DNA of 64,000 nt from Nanobdellota archaeon (GTDB taxonomy: Archaea > Nanobdellota > Nanobdellia > Pacearchaeales > GW2011-AR1): assembly GCA_038044745.1 (NCBI GenBank), contig JBBSZK010000008.1, positions 7,162 to 71,161 on the forward strand, read 5' to 3'. Under the pieces are notes generated by a model. The model made no database searches, was not told the DNA's origin, and saw nothing but the letters and a program-made list of their open reading frames with translations. The position numbers and the translations under genes are program-made. How positions within the stretch are numbered: position 1 is the first letter of the stretch; each line of letters starts with the position of its first letter. Below are positions 1 to 7,757 of this stretch, one piece after another.

Positions 1-343
1 CTTGAAAAAGTAACGGGAGCATAATATTCTCTTTTGCCGTCAAGTTAGGAATAAGATTAAAACTTTGAAATATAAATCCTATACGTTTTCCTCTGAGTTG
101 CGCAACTTCAGACTCGTTAAAGTGGGCAATATCCTTTCCATCCAGCCGTATAGTTCCTTTGGTGGGCGTATCAAGACTCCCTACCAGGTTCATCGCGGTA
201 GATTTTCCTGAACCCGAAGGCCCCATGATAGCAACAAAATCGCCTTTGACAATATGAATCGAAACGTCATCAAGCGCCTTTACGAGAGACTCTCCCATTT
301 CGTAGTATTTCGCTACATGTTCTAGTTCTATGATTGTTTCCAT
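1..343 (-). CDS. ABC transporter ATP-binding protein (MacB/LolD/FtsE-like), partial; C-terminus lies outside the window
   Basis: Hand translation from ATG at 343: METIIELEHVAKYYEMGESLVKALDDVSIHIVKGDFVAIMGPSGSGKST...GFIFQSFNLIPNLTAKENIMLPL. Walker A GPSGSGKST and Q-loop present. Frame stays open to position 1. Confidence 0.85.
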   Translation of the reverse strand, partial: METIIELEHVAKYYEMGESLVKALDDVSIHIVKGDFVAIMGPSGSGKSTAMNLVGSLDTPTKGTIRLDGKDIAHFNESEVAQLRGKRIGFIFQSFNLIPNLTAKENIMLPLLFQ

Positions 344-397
344 ACGGATGCGGTTTCTTGTGCATTTAAGAACGTTTCGTTTGGTCTTAGAGAAACG

Positions 398-405
398 TTT
401 AAAAA
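398..405 (+). promoter_or_regulatory. TATA box TTTAAAAA, 21 nt before the rpoN ATG (leaderless)
   Basis: Sequence and spacing read directly. Confidence 0.6.
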
Positions 406-426
406 CCATCCGCTCGGACTATACGC

Positions 427-624
427 ATGATAATCCCTATTCGTTGCTTTTCGTGTGGAAAGCCCATTGCACAATTGTGGGAACCTTACAAAACACGCGT
501 AGCCAACGGTGAAGAACCTTCACGGGTTCTCGAAGATTTGGGCCTTGACCGATATTGTTGCAGAGCGGCGCTTTTGGGTAATGCAGAATTGCTTCCCAAG
601 ATAACTAAATTTAAGAAATTCTAA
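427..624 (+). CDS. rpoN: DNA-directed RNA polymerase subunit N (Rpo10)
   Basis: 65 aa, MIIPIRCFSCGKPI...RYCCR zinc signature of archaeal RpoN/Rpo10. TATA box lies 21 nt upstream. Confidence 0.9.
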   Translation: MIIPIRCFSCGKPIAQLWEPYKTRVANGEEPSRVLEDLGLDRYCCRAALLGNAELLPKITKFKKF

Positions 625-868
625 TCTTATTAAAATAACCGCAAGAAAGACACCGAGTCGTTTTGTATTGCTTCGTTGTCCTCGTAGTATTTTTTCTAAG
701 GTCGGTAAAACATTTTTTACAAAACCGGGCGCGATAATTTCCGAATTTAATTCGATGTTTCATAGCCACGTTTCGTATCTTCCTTAGTTCATCGGAAGAA
801 AAAGACTTTCTTTCAAAAAATGAGTCTATCTTCTCTTTCACTTTTTGTTTAGGCGAGTGCACGACCAT
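611..868 (-). CDS. rnp4: RNase P protein component 4 (Rpp21-like zinc ribbon), short form
   Basis: 85-aa basic protein. A helical N-terminus is followed by RFCKKC...(x19)...CLSCG, as in archaeal Rpp21. Its 3' end overlaps rpoN by 14 nt. Confidence 0.55.
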   Translation of the reverse strand: MVVHSPKQKVKEKIDSFFERKSFSSDELRKIRNVAMKHRIKFGNYRARFCKKCFTDLRKNTTRTTKQYKTTRCLSCGYFNKIRIS

Positions 869-901
869 TCAATCTCAACGTGGCGTTATTCTAAAAGGTT
901 G

Positions 902-1801
902 CTACTTCAGTCTAGAAATGAATCCAGTTACGAACTCGCCTAACGGAGAACGTTCTGCACGAGGTAACGCCCCAATACTCTCTTCAATCCTTGCAACATA
1001 CTTTTTTTCAACAGCACGAACTTCTCCTTGGTTGAGAATTGCAGGCAACGAAACGGCAACGCCGTGCACCCCCCTTCTCCCTTTCGCTTCAGAGGTATCG
1101 CGCGATAAATCAGTGATATCATCTCGTAGTTGGTAGAGCACACCCGCACATTCTCCTATTCCTCGAGCAAGGCTGCGTTGTTCTTTAGAGGCACCGACCA
1201 CAAGGGCTCCCAATTCGGCAGAGTATCCAAACAACGCCCCCGTCTTACGATACGCCTCTATAACCTTTTCAGGAAAAAGTGCTCGGGGGGGAAAAAGGTC
1301 GATTTCTTGTCCGCGGGAAATATCTTGGGCAGTTCGGTCAAATAGGAGCGTAATCTCTTTTTTTGTTTTGCTTGAGAACGAGGTTTGCGCAACAAGACAA
1401 TATACGCGCGATAAGAGCCTCAAGCTCGTCATAACTGCCACTTCTGGCCCATAATCGGGATGCGCATACAAAGGGATTTGTCCACGTCGTTTCGTCTCTT
1501 GGTCCATCCAATCGTCAGCAGGCAACGTGCTCTCATGCGCGAGTTGTAATGCGGCCCCACAACGAGCAATGTCCATTAACGAAACCCGATGCTTTCCTAG
1601 TGCACTCGAACCCCCTACAATTCCCAAAGTCTTTGCTGTGCGAAATGCAAGAGTAGGCCGAATAAATGCACTCGGTTTTCCAGAAGCGCAATGGTATGCT
1701 TCTGCTCTATCCACTCTGAAACCCCTATCGGGGCTTAACGCACGAGAAACCGCAAGACGCGCAGTCTGTTCAAATTGTTCATCCGTGACGGGGCGATTCA
1801 T
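902..1801 (-). CDS. trans-polyprenyl (geranylgeranyl) diphosphate synthase
   Basis: Two Asp-rich motifs (DDWMD and LRDDITD) typical of trans-IPPS. Start placed at ATG 1801, exactly 21 nt from TATA 1823-1830; the track ORF extends to GTG 1822. Confidence 0.8.
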   Translation of the reverse strand: MNRPVTDEQFEQTARLAVSRALSPDRGFRVDRAEAYHCASGKPSAFIRPTLAFRTAKTLGIVGGSSALGKHRVSLMDIARCGAALQLAHESTLPADDWMDQETKRRGQIPLYAHPDYGPEVAVMTSLRLLSRVYCLVAQTSFSSKTKKEITLLFDRTAQDISRGQEIDLFPPRALFPEKVIEAYRKTGALFGYSAELGALVVGASKEQRSLARGIGECAGVLYQLRDDITDLSRDTSEAKGRRGVHGVAVSLPAILNQGEVRAVEKKYVARIEESIGALPRAERSPLGEFVTGFISRLK

Positions 1802-1822
1802 GGGCTTTTCCCCTATCCACAC

Positions 1823-1830
1823 TATAAAAA
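1823..1830 (-). promoter_or_regulatory. TATA box (TTTTTATA on minus), 21 nt before ATG 1801 of the polyprenyl synthase
   Basis: Sequence and spacing read directly. Confidence 0.6.
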
Positions 1831-1842
1831 TATTCGTATAAT

Positions 1843-1849
1843 AAAAAAA
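1843..1849 (-). terminator. oligo-T (T7) terminator directly after the 5S rRNA 3' end
   Basis: A7 on the plus strand, T7 on the transcribed strand, abutting the helix I 3' strand. Archaeal RNAP terminates at oligo-T. Confidence 0.6.
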
Positions 1850-1963
1850 GAAGACGACATCCGTGTTTCGCCTCTGTTCGGAGACTAACGCGCCGGACGC
1901 AGTCGGCTTAACTTCTGTGTTCGGAAAGGGAACAGGTGTTTCCCGACAGCTGTGGCCGTCTTC
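1850..1963 (-). rRNA. rrf: 5S rRNA (orphan, about 114 nt)
   Basis: Reverse complement reads GAAGACGGCCACAGC...CCCTTTCCGAACACAGAAGTTAAGCCGACTGCG...GTCGTCTTC. It has the universal CCGAACnnnGAAGTTAAGCC box, and helix I forms by GAAGACG/CGTCTTC pairing. TATA lies 21 nt upstream and a T7 run immediately downstream. Confidence 0.85.
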
Positions 1964-1984
1964 ACTAATCCGTTCTCAAAACAC

Positions 1985-1992
1985 TTTAAAAA
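1985..1992 (-). promoter_or_regulatory. TATA box (TTTTTAAA on minus), 21 nt before the 5S rRNA 5' end; overlaps the stop codon of the CorA-like gene
   Basis: The stop TAA sits at 1986-1988, inside the box. Confidence 0.6.
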
Positions 1993-2840
1993 CCTTTCTT
2001 TTGTCGCAACCCTAAGGAAAGCCAGTACACATATCCCAGCAATATGGAAAGGGCGGTTGATCCCATCAGAATCCACACGAGGAGCGTGGTATGAGGCTTA
2101 AAGAAAGCGTCCGAAAGGGCAGGTATGCCGAATATCGCCCCTATTGTTCCAGGGACTGAAACGACAATGCTCGTAATCGTAAGAAAGGTCATAATCAACG
2201 TTAATCGTCCCATGGTCGCATTAAGTTCTCGATTAGATTGCATTTCAGACTTGGTGCGCAATGAAGCCACGCGATAAATATGACTTCTGCACCGCTCGAG
2301 CCAGTATCTCGCTTCAGCGCTCAAAAGTTCATAGTTCGAACCCAATAATTCTGTATCAAATTCTCGTATGTCCTTTTCTTTAAGAACCAGCATGAGTTGT
2401 ACAAGCTCCTCAAATCTATCGGTAAGCCGACGCAAGTCTCTTCCTGAAATTTCAATCCCATCAAGATGCGGCTGCAAGTCTAGTTCATTCATGAGCCCAC
2501 GAATGCGTTCAAATTCGTGAGAATAATTCTTAATGACTGTTTTAAAAAAGGCAAAGGTAAGCAATGTGCTTTCGCCATAAGGTTTCTTTTGAATAGATTG
2601 TAACTCTTTGGAGTGCGCGCTAAAAAAAGAGTCGCTGAAAACAGCACAATTCTTTTGAGAGATAACAATTATTGCTCGCCCAAGAGTGTTAGTATACAGA
2701 GGAACACTCAAAACAGCATAACGCCGTTGCCTGTCAAAAAAAGGGAAGTCAAGCTTGTTCAATGCATCAACATCGAATTCAGCTTTCAATTGCTTCAGTT
2801 TAGATTTAAATCGCTCAAGATTATCAAAGAAAGTAATCAC
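1986..2840 (-). CDS. CorA-fold divalent-cation transporter-like protein with a degenerate GMN motif (GIP)
   Basis: 284 aa. Long helical cytoplasmic domain plus two C-terminal TM helices. The position of the YGMN signature reads FGIP (codons 2121-2129). GTG start lies 20 nt from a TATA-like box. Confidence 0.5.
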   Translation of the reverse strand: MITFFDNLERFKSKLKQLKAEFDVDALNKLDFPFFDRQRRYAVLSVPLYTNTLGRAIIVISQKNCAVFSDSFFSAHSKELQSIQKKPYGESTLLTFAFFKTVIKNYSHEFERIRGLMNELDLQPHLDGIEISGRDLRRLTDRFEELVQLMLVLKEKDIREFDTELLGSNYELLSAEARYWLERCRSHIYRVASLRTKSEMQSNRELNATMGRLTLIMTFLTITSIVVSVPGTIGAIFGIPALSDAFFKPHTTLLVWILMGSTALSILLGYVYWLSLGLRQKKGF

Positions 2841-2944
2841 ACCCGATTCGAATTAAAATTGTTTATATCTTTTTATGTGCTTGAATAACAACCTTTAAAC
2901 ATCTAAAATAAAATACTTTCGCGGCTTTAAAGTTCAATAGGAAC

Positions 2945-2952
2945 TTTTAAAA
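2945..2952 (+). promoter_or_regulatory. TATA box TTTTAAAA, about 25 nt before tRNA-Leu
   Basis: Spacing is consistent with a short 5' leader. Confidence 0.5.
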
Positions 2953-2977
2953 CCCGTTTGCCTGTTCATTAATTACC

Positions 2978-3061
2978 GTGGGTGTGCCGGAGCGGTCAAA
3001 CGGGACGGTCTCAAGAGCCGTTAGCTTAGTGCTTTCCTAGGTTCGAATCCTAGCACCCACA
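2978..3061 (+). tRNA. tRNA-Leu (CAA)
   Basis: Hand-folded cloverleaf: acceptor GTGGGTG/CACCCAC, anticodon arm ACGGT-CTCAAGA-GCCGT, long variable arm, T arm CTAGG-TTCGAAT-CCTAG, discriminator A. Confidence 0.85.
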
Positions 3062-3137
3062 TCTCGGTTCATCGCAGCGAGTCTCCGAAGCAAAGCGAGG
3101 AGGGTCGAGCAAGAATGAATCCGAGAACGTAGATAAT

Positions 3138-3212
3138 GCTCCCGTAGCTCAGCCTGGATAGAGCGATGGGGTCCTAACCCGGAGGTCGTAGGTTCAAATC
3201 CTACCGGGAGCG
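3138..3212 (+). tRNA. tRNA-Arg (CCU)
   Basis: Acceptor GCTCCCG/CGGGAGC, D arm GCTC..GAGC, anticodon loop GTCCTAA, T arm GTAGG-TTCAAAT-CCTAC. Confidence 0.8.
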
Positions 3213-3222
3213 TTGCACAAAG

Positions 3223-3230
3223 TTTAAAAC
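3223..3230 (+). promoter_or_regulatory. TATA box TTTAAAAC, about 24 nt before tRNA-Trp (also the only candidate promoter for secFD)
   Basis: No other TATA-like box lies between 3230 and the secF ATG at 3359. Confidence 0.5.
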
Positions 3231-3254
3231 AGGGACGTAGATAACTTCTTATAC

Positions 3255-3351
3255 GCGCGGTTAGTTTAATGGCAAAATAGCTGGTTTCCAAGATACGCAT
3301 CAAGCTTATCGAAATGACCAGCGGTCACGGGTTCGATTCCCGTACCGCGCA
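3255..3351 (+). tRNA. tRNA-Trp (CCA) with a 24-nt intron at the canonical 37/38 position
   Basis: Acceptor GCGCGGT/ACCGCGC. Anticodon stem CTGGT...ACCAG is interrupted after TTCCAA by GATACGCATCAAGCTTATCGAAAT. T arm ACGGG-TTCGATT-CCCGT. Confidence 0.8.
3292..3315 (+). other. tRNA-Trp intron (about 24 nt)
   Basis: Removing 3292-3315 restores a 7-nt anticodon loop (UUCCAAG) closed by CTGGT/ACCAG. Boundaries are uncertain by 1-2 nt. Confidence 0.6.
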
Positions 3352-3358
3352 TAACTTC

Positions 3359-4261
3359 ATGGAACAACACACACACGAAAACGTCCAAGTGCAAAAAAAC
3401 TGGTACGACAAAAGTTACAAATTGCTTTTGCTTGTCCCCCTTGTTCTCTTTTTAGGGTCGCTCATCTACCTCTACGGATTTTATACGCAAAACGGTGATA
3501 TCTTTTACAAAGACGTTTCAATAACGGGCGGAACCACGATAACGGTCTTTTCATCAGCTGATATCGTGGCTCTGGAAGAATCGTTGCGCACGCAATTTCC
3601 CGATCTGACTGTCCGATCGATGACGGACATCCGCACGGGCGCCCAGCACGGATTTTTTGTAGAAACATCTGCTTCAGTTGATGAAATAAAAGGGGCTCTC
3701 GAACGTTACCTTGGATTTGTTCTGTCCACTGAAAATTCTTCAATAGAGTTCACAGGTGCTACTCTTTCAACCAGTTTCTATAACCAATTGCGTATCGCAG
3801 TCATTGCTTCGTTCATCCTCATGGCCATAGTTGTCTTTATCATTTTCAGAACCCCGATTAGAAGCCTTTCGATTATCATTGCAGGTCTTGCGGACATTAT
3901 CATGACTATTGTAGTCATCGACATGTTAGGTATTCGATTGTCAACCGCGGGCATCGTCGCACTACTCATGCTTATCGGATATTCGGTTGATGCGGATATT
4001 ATGCTCACTACTCGAGTCGTCAAAGACAAAGAAGGAAGCATTAATCACCGCATCTGGGGCGCATTTAAGACGGGAATGACTATGACTCTAACCGCGATTG
4101 CAGCCATAGGGATTGCACTTCTATTCACACACTCCCTTTCTCCAATCCTTTCTCAAATGTTCACAATCATTCTTATCGGTCTTTGCTTCGATATATTCAA
4201 TTGTTGGGTAACCAACGCATCACTGCTCAAATGGTACGCGGAGGCTAAGAAAACCCTATGA
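3359..4261 (+). CDS. secF: protein-export membrane protein SecF
   Basis: One N-terminal TM, a periplasmic domain, then a 5-TM C-terminal block typical of SecF. Followed by secD with a 4-nt overlap. The first 45 nt of the track ORF overlap tRNA-Trp, so the start is moved to ATG 3359. Confidence 0.8.
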   Translation: MEQHTHENVQVQKNWYDKSYKLLLLVPLVLFLGSLIYLYGFYTQNGDIFYKDVSITGGTTITVFSSADIVALEESLRTQFPDLTVRSMTDIRTGAQHGFFVETSASVDEIKGALERYLGFVLSTENSSIEFTGATLSTSFYNQLRIAVIASFILMAIVVFIIFRTPIRSLSIIIAGLADIIMTIVVIDMLGIRLSTAGIVALLMLIGYSVDADIMLTTRVVKDKEGSINHRIWGAFKTGMTMTLTAIAAIGIALLFTHSLSPILSQMFTIILIGLCFDIFNCWVTNASLLKWYAEAKKTL

Positions 4262-5769
4262 AAATGGGCTGGCGTTTGTGGGTATTGATCATTGCGATTG
4301 TTTTTTCAATCTTGGCTATTCGACCCTCATTTGAGTCAGGAGTCCTTGTTAAATCAGTAGAACCAGATTCTCCGGCGTTCCAAGAAGGTCTTCGTCAAGG
4401 GGCCCACATCATAGAGGTCAACGGTCAAGCAATAGAACAAGTTTCGGATTATGCACGTGCACTCGGGGACAATAACTCCCAGATAGCACCCAGCAGAATC
4501 GAAATAAAAACGGAAGACGCAGATTTCGTTTTTTTCACAAATGAATCGCTCGGTCTCACCGTACAAAATAAACCCCGAACACGGCTCAAGTCTGGACTCG
4601 ATATTCAAGGGGGTGCTCGCGCCCTCGTACGCCCCGAGCAAAACATTTCAGACGCACAATTGTCAGACTTAATCGCCGTGAGCAACAATCGATTTAACGT
4701 ATTTGGAATCTCCGATGTTAAAATTAGAGGCGTAAAAGACCTTCAGGGCAATAAGTTCATGCTCATTGAAGTTGCAGGCGCAAGCCCCTCTGATTTAGAA
4801 AATCTCGTTGCCAAACAAGGAAAGTTCGAAGCGCGCATTGGAAATGAAACGGTTTTTGTAGGCGGAAACGAAGATATCTCGTCAGTCTGTCGAAATGATG
4901 CGACTTGCGCAGGCGTAACGGGATGTTTCCCCTCACAGAGCGGAGGTTATATTTGTAATTTCGCTTTCACACTTTATCTAAGCCCGGATGCTGCGAAACA
5001 CCACGCCGAAATAACCGAAAAAATAGAAATTGACTACGTGACCGGCGGACAATATCTTAAGGGTAATTTAACGCTTGTCCTTGACGATAAAATTGTTGAT
5101 ACGTTGCTCATCAGCAAAGACCTCAAAGGACGAGAAACAACTCAAATTTCAATTCAAGGTTCAGGAAGCGGCGTGACTCAGGAGGAAGCACTCGCCGATG
5201 CTCGTGCGTCCATGCATAAATTGCAAACTGTGCTTATCACAGGAAGTCTTCCCCACAAGTTAGAAATTGTTAAATTAGACACTATATCTCCCTCACTCGG
5301 AGGCAAGTTTGTATACATCCTTCTGTTAGCGGGCATGGCCGCAATTGTTGTAGTCAGCATAATTGTGTTCATCAGATATCGAAAAATAAAAGAATCTCTT
5401 GCAGTCCTCGTCACGTCCTTCTCAGAGATTATTATCATATTGGGCGTCGCAGCGCTCATAGGGTGGAATTTAGACTTGCCCGCAATTGCGGGAATTCTTG
5501 CTACGATTGGAACAGGAGTCGACCAACAAATAATCATCCTAGACGAAGCGCGCAGAGCACGTACGGCTTCGATGAGAGAACGAATGAAGCGAGCCATCTT
5601 TGTAGTCATGTCTGCCTATGCCACCGCGCTTGTTTCTCTCTTGCCCCTGTACTGGGCAGGGGCTGGCCTCTTCAAAGGGTTTGCGATTACTACCATTATC
5701 GGTATAACTGCGGGCGTCCTCATAAGTCGACCCGCATTCGCCGAGATGATTCGAAAGATAGAAGAATAG
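4258..5769 (+). CDS. secD: protein-export membrane protein SecD with a PDZ-like insert after TM1
   Basis: 503 aa. Has the C-terminal SecD/F TM block (GILATIGTGVDQQIII). Residues about 22-102 (GVLVKSVEPDSPAFQEGLRQGAHIIEVNGQAI) look like a PDZ domain. Confidence 0.8.
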   Translation: MKMGWRLWVLIIAIVFSILAIRPSFESGVLVKSVEPDSPAFQEGLRQGAHIIEVNGQAIEQVSDYARALGDNNSQIAPSRIEIKTEDADFVFFTNESLGLTVQNKPRTRLKSGLDIQGGARALVRPEQNISDAQLSDLIAVSNNRFNVFGISDVKIRGVKDLQGNKFMLIEVAGASPSDLENLVAKQGKFEARIGNETVFVGGNEDISSVCRNDATCAGVTGCFPSQSGGYICNFAFTLYLSPDAAKHHAEITEKIEIDYVTGGQYLKGNLTLVLDDKIVDTLLISKDLKGRETTQISIQGSGSGVTQEEALADARASMHKLQTVLITGSLPHKLEIVKLDTISPSLGGKFVYILLLAGMAAIVVVSIIVFIRYRKIKESLAVLVTSFSEIIIILGVAALIGWNLDLPAIAGILATIGTGVDQQIIILDEARRARTASMRERMKRAIFVVMSAYATALVSLLPLYWAGAGLFKGFAITTIIGITAGVLISRPAFAEMIRKIEE

Positions 5770-5790
5770 CTCTTTCTGGAGCCCACAAAA

Positions 5791-5798
5791 TTTATAAA
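5791..5798 (+). promoter_or_regulatory. TATA box TTTATAAA, 21 nt before ATG 5820
   Basis: Read directly. Confidence 0.6.
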
Positions 5799-5819
5799 TC
5801 AACTTCTGTGCTGATTAAA

Positions 5820-6917
5820 ATGGATTCTTCTATAAACAACGATAAGAAGAGAGGGAAAAAAATAGTAGTTACCGGAGGGGCGGGTTATTTGGGCTCGATA
5901 TTGACGCCCCAGCTTCTTAAAGAAGGACACCAGGTTCATGTAATCGACAAACTTTATTTTGGAAAGGGCTCGCTCACCCCCCACGAGTCAAATTCGAACC
6001 TCAAAATTACTGAGTTAGACATGTTCCACCACGAAAACATTTCAAATCTCTTCAAAGGTGTTGACGCCGTTATCCATTTGGCAAGCATATCAAACGACCC
6101 TTCAGGAGACCTCGACCCTAATCTCACGATTCAAACCAACTTCTTAGCAACCATGTCGCTTGCTCGCAGAGCAAAGGCCGAAGGAGTTAAACAATTTATT
6201 TTCATCTCGTCGTGTAGTGTATATGGCGCAAGCGGAGATACGTTCCTTGACGAACAATCTAACGTCGGCCCTGTAACGCTCTATGCTCTTTCAAAACTAC
6301 AATCGGAAAATGAATTGCTTCCCTTAGCCGATTCAAATTTCTCCGTAACTATTTTGCGTTTTGCAACACTCTTCGGTTATTCTCCTCGCATGAGGTTCGA
6401 CCTCGCGGTAAACGTTATGACAAAACGAGCGCTCCAAGGAAAAAGCATTCTCCTCAATGGTGATGGCGCACAATACCGCCCCTTCCTCCATGTCAAGGAC
6501 GCCTCCAAAGCCATCATGACAGTCTTGAACGAAGACGCCTGTATCGTTAACAAACAGATTTTCAATGTCGGTAACAGCCACCTTAATTTCATGATACGGG
6601 ACCTCGTGCCACTCATTCATTCGTATTTTCCCCAATCAGTCATAGAAAAAGTAGAAAATAATAAGGACACACGTTCATACCGTGTTAACTTTCGAAAGTT
6701 TGAACGCATATGTAACTTCAAGGCAGAATGCGACGTAGAACACGGAGTTAGAGAAATAGAAAACGCCCATAAATCGGCCGAATTGGCCAACATGGATAGC
6801 CCCCAGTATTACAACATGGAAGTCATGAAGAAAGTCATTAGTGAACCCATCATTACGTACAGCCTTGCGACCACCCCTCGCTGGAGCAACGGTCAAGGGG
6901 ACCATAATGGCCTCTGA
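5820..6917 (+). CDS. NAD-dependent nucleotide-sugar epimerase/dehydratase (extended SDR)
   Basis: VVTGGAGYLGS Rossmann motif and YALSK catalytic YxxxK. Start ATG 5820 lies 21 nt from TATA 5791-5798. The upstream part of the track ORF overlaps secD out of frame. Confidence 0.8.
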   Translation: MDSSINNDKKRGKKIVVTGGAGYLGSILTPQLLKEGHQVHVIDKLYFGKGSLTPHESNSNLKITELDMFHHENISNLFKGVDAVIHLASISNDPSGDLDPNLTIQTNFLATMSLARRAKAEGVKQFIFISSCSVYGASGDTFLDEQSNVGPVTLYALSKLQSENELLPLADSNFSVTILRFATLFGYSPRMRFDLAVNVMTKRALQGKSILLNGDGAQYRPFLHVKDASKAIMTVLNEDACIVNKQIFNVGNSHLNFMIRDLVPLIHSYFPQSVIEKVENNKDTRSYRVNFRKFERICNFKAECDVEHGVREIENAHKSAELANMDSPQYYNMEVMKKVISEPIITYSLATTPRWSNGQGDHNGL

Positions 6918-6958
6918 TAAAGGGACCTTGGTTTATCTCGTAGCAGGTTAGCTATAAG

Positions 6959-6966
6959 TTTATAAA
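6959..6966 (+). promoter_or_regulatory. TATA box TTTATAAA, 22 nt before ATG 6989
   Basis: Read directly. Confidence 0.55.
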
Positions 6967-6988
6967 CATTTTTTATAACCTTATGCAC

Positions 6989-7744
6989 ATGTCTCCGCAA
7001 AAGAAGCCAAAAATAATCGGCGTTATTCTCGCTTACAATGTAGCAAAAATGCTTCCACGCGCATTGCAACGAATTCCTAAGGGGGTCCTTGACGATATAA
7101 TTGTGTTGGATGACGGGTCAAAAGACGGCACATACGAAGTTGCGAAGAGCCTCGGTTTGAAGGCGTTCAGACACGTCCCCAATCGAGGGTACGGCGGCAA
7201 TCTCAAGGCAGGTATGCAAAAGGCACTGGAAATGGGCGCAGATTATATCGTAGAAATTCACGGCGATGGGGCACAATTTAATCCCGAATCAATTCATTTT
7301 GCGATGCCCTATATGAAAGAAGGAAAAGCGCAACTCATTCTCGGCTCTCGGTTCTCGGTCCCCCGGAAAGCGCTTGAGAACGGCATGCCCCTCATACGTT
7401 TTGTGGCAAATCGGTTCCTTAGCTTCTTCGACAGAATTATCCTCGGTTTAAAGCTTACCGAGTTTCACACGGGGTTCAGAATCTATGGTCGAAAACTTCT
7501 TGAAAAAGCCCCCTACGAAGCAAACACCAACGATTATCTATTTAGTTTTCAAATCATTGCGCAAGCCGCGTACTACCGAGTTGTCGTAAAAGAAGTGCCC
7601 GTAGAGGCCGATTATAAAGGAGAACACACCTCTCACGCGCTCAAAGGGGCAGCATGGTATGCAATTAGGACCTTTGGAGTACTCGCACAATTCATCTTGG
7701 CTAAGTTTGGAATTTACCACAATAAAGTATTTAAGAGGCACTAA
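6989..7744 (+). CDS. family 2 glycosyltransferase (dolichyl-phosphate sugar synthase-like)
   Basis: GT-A signature IIGVILAYNVAKML...VLDDGSKDGT. ATG 6989 fits the TATA (6959-6966) spacing better than ATG 6983. Confidence 0.75.
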   Translation: MSPQKKPKIIGVILAYNVAKMLPRALQRIPKGVLDDIIVLDDGSKDGTYEVAKSLGLKAFRHVPNRGYGGNLKAGMQKALEMGADYIVEIHGDGAQFNPESIHFAMPYMKEGKAQLILGSRFSVPRKALENGMPLIRFVANRFLSFFDRIILGLKLTEFHTGFRIYGRKLLEKAPYEANTNDYLFSFQIIAQAAYYRVVVKEVPVEADYKGEHTSHALKGAAWYAIRTFGVLAQFILAKFGIYHNKVFKRH

Positions 7745-7757
7745 TCGAGACAAGCAC

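Noticed and set aside
330-512. 60-aa ORF overlapping the rpoN start
   Set aside because: It overlaps rpoN out of frame and spans the divergent promoter region. rpoN is unambiguous.
3107-3125. C/D-box sRNA in the tRNA-Leu/Arg spacer
   Set aside because: AUGAAU and CCGAGA do not match the C (RUGAUGA) and D (CUGA) consensus boxes.
3314-3358. N-terminal 15 codons of the track ORF 3314-4261 (MTSGHGFDSRTAHNF)
   Set aside because: This stretch is the 3' half of tRNA-Trp read as protein. secF most likely starts at ATG 3359.
5463-5819. 119-codon N-terminal extension of the epimerase ORF
   Set aside because: It overlaps the secD C-terminal TM region in another frame and has a Cys/Arg/His-rich nonsense composition. 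A TATA box at 5791-5798 points to ATG 5820.
2978-5820. tRNA cluster as an integration site of a mobile genomic island
   Set aside because: No integrase or recombinase gene, no partial tRNA duplicate and no direct repeat of a tRNA 3' end was found at the far end of the island (about 48.7-48.9 kb). secFD lies between the tRNAs and the island.
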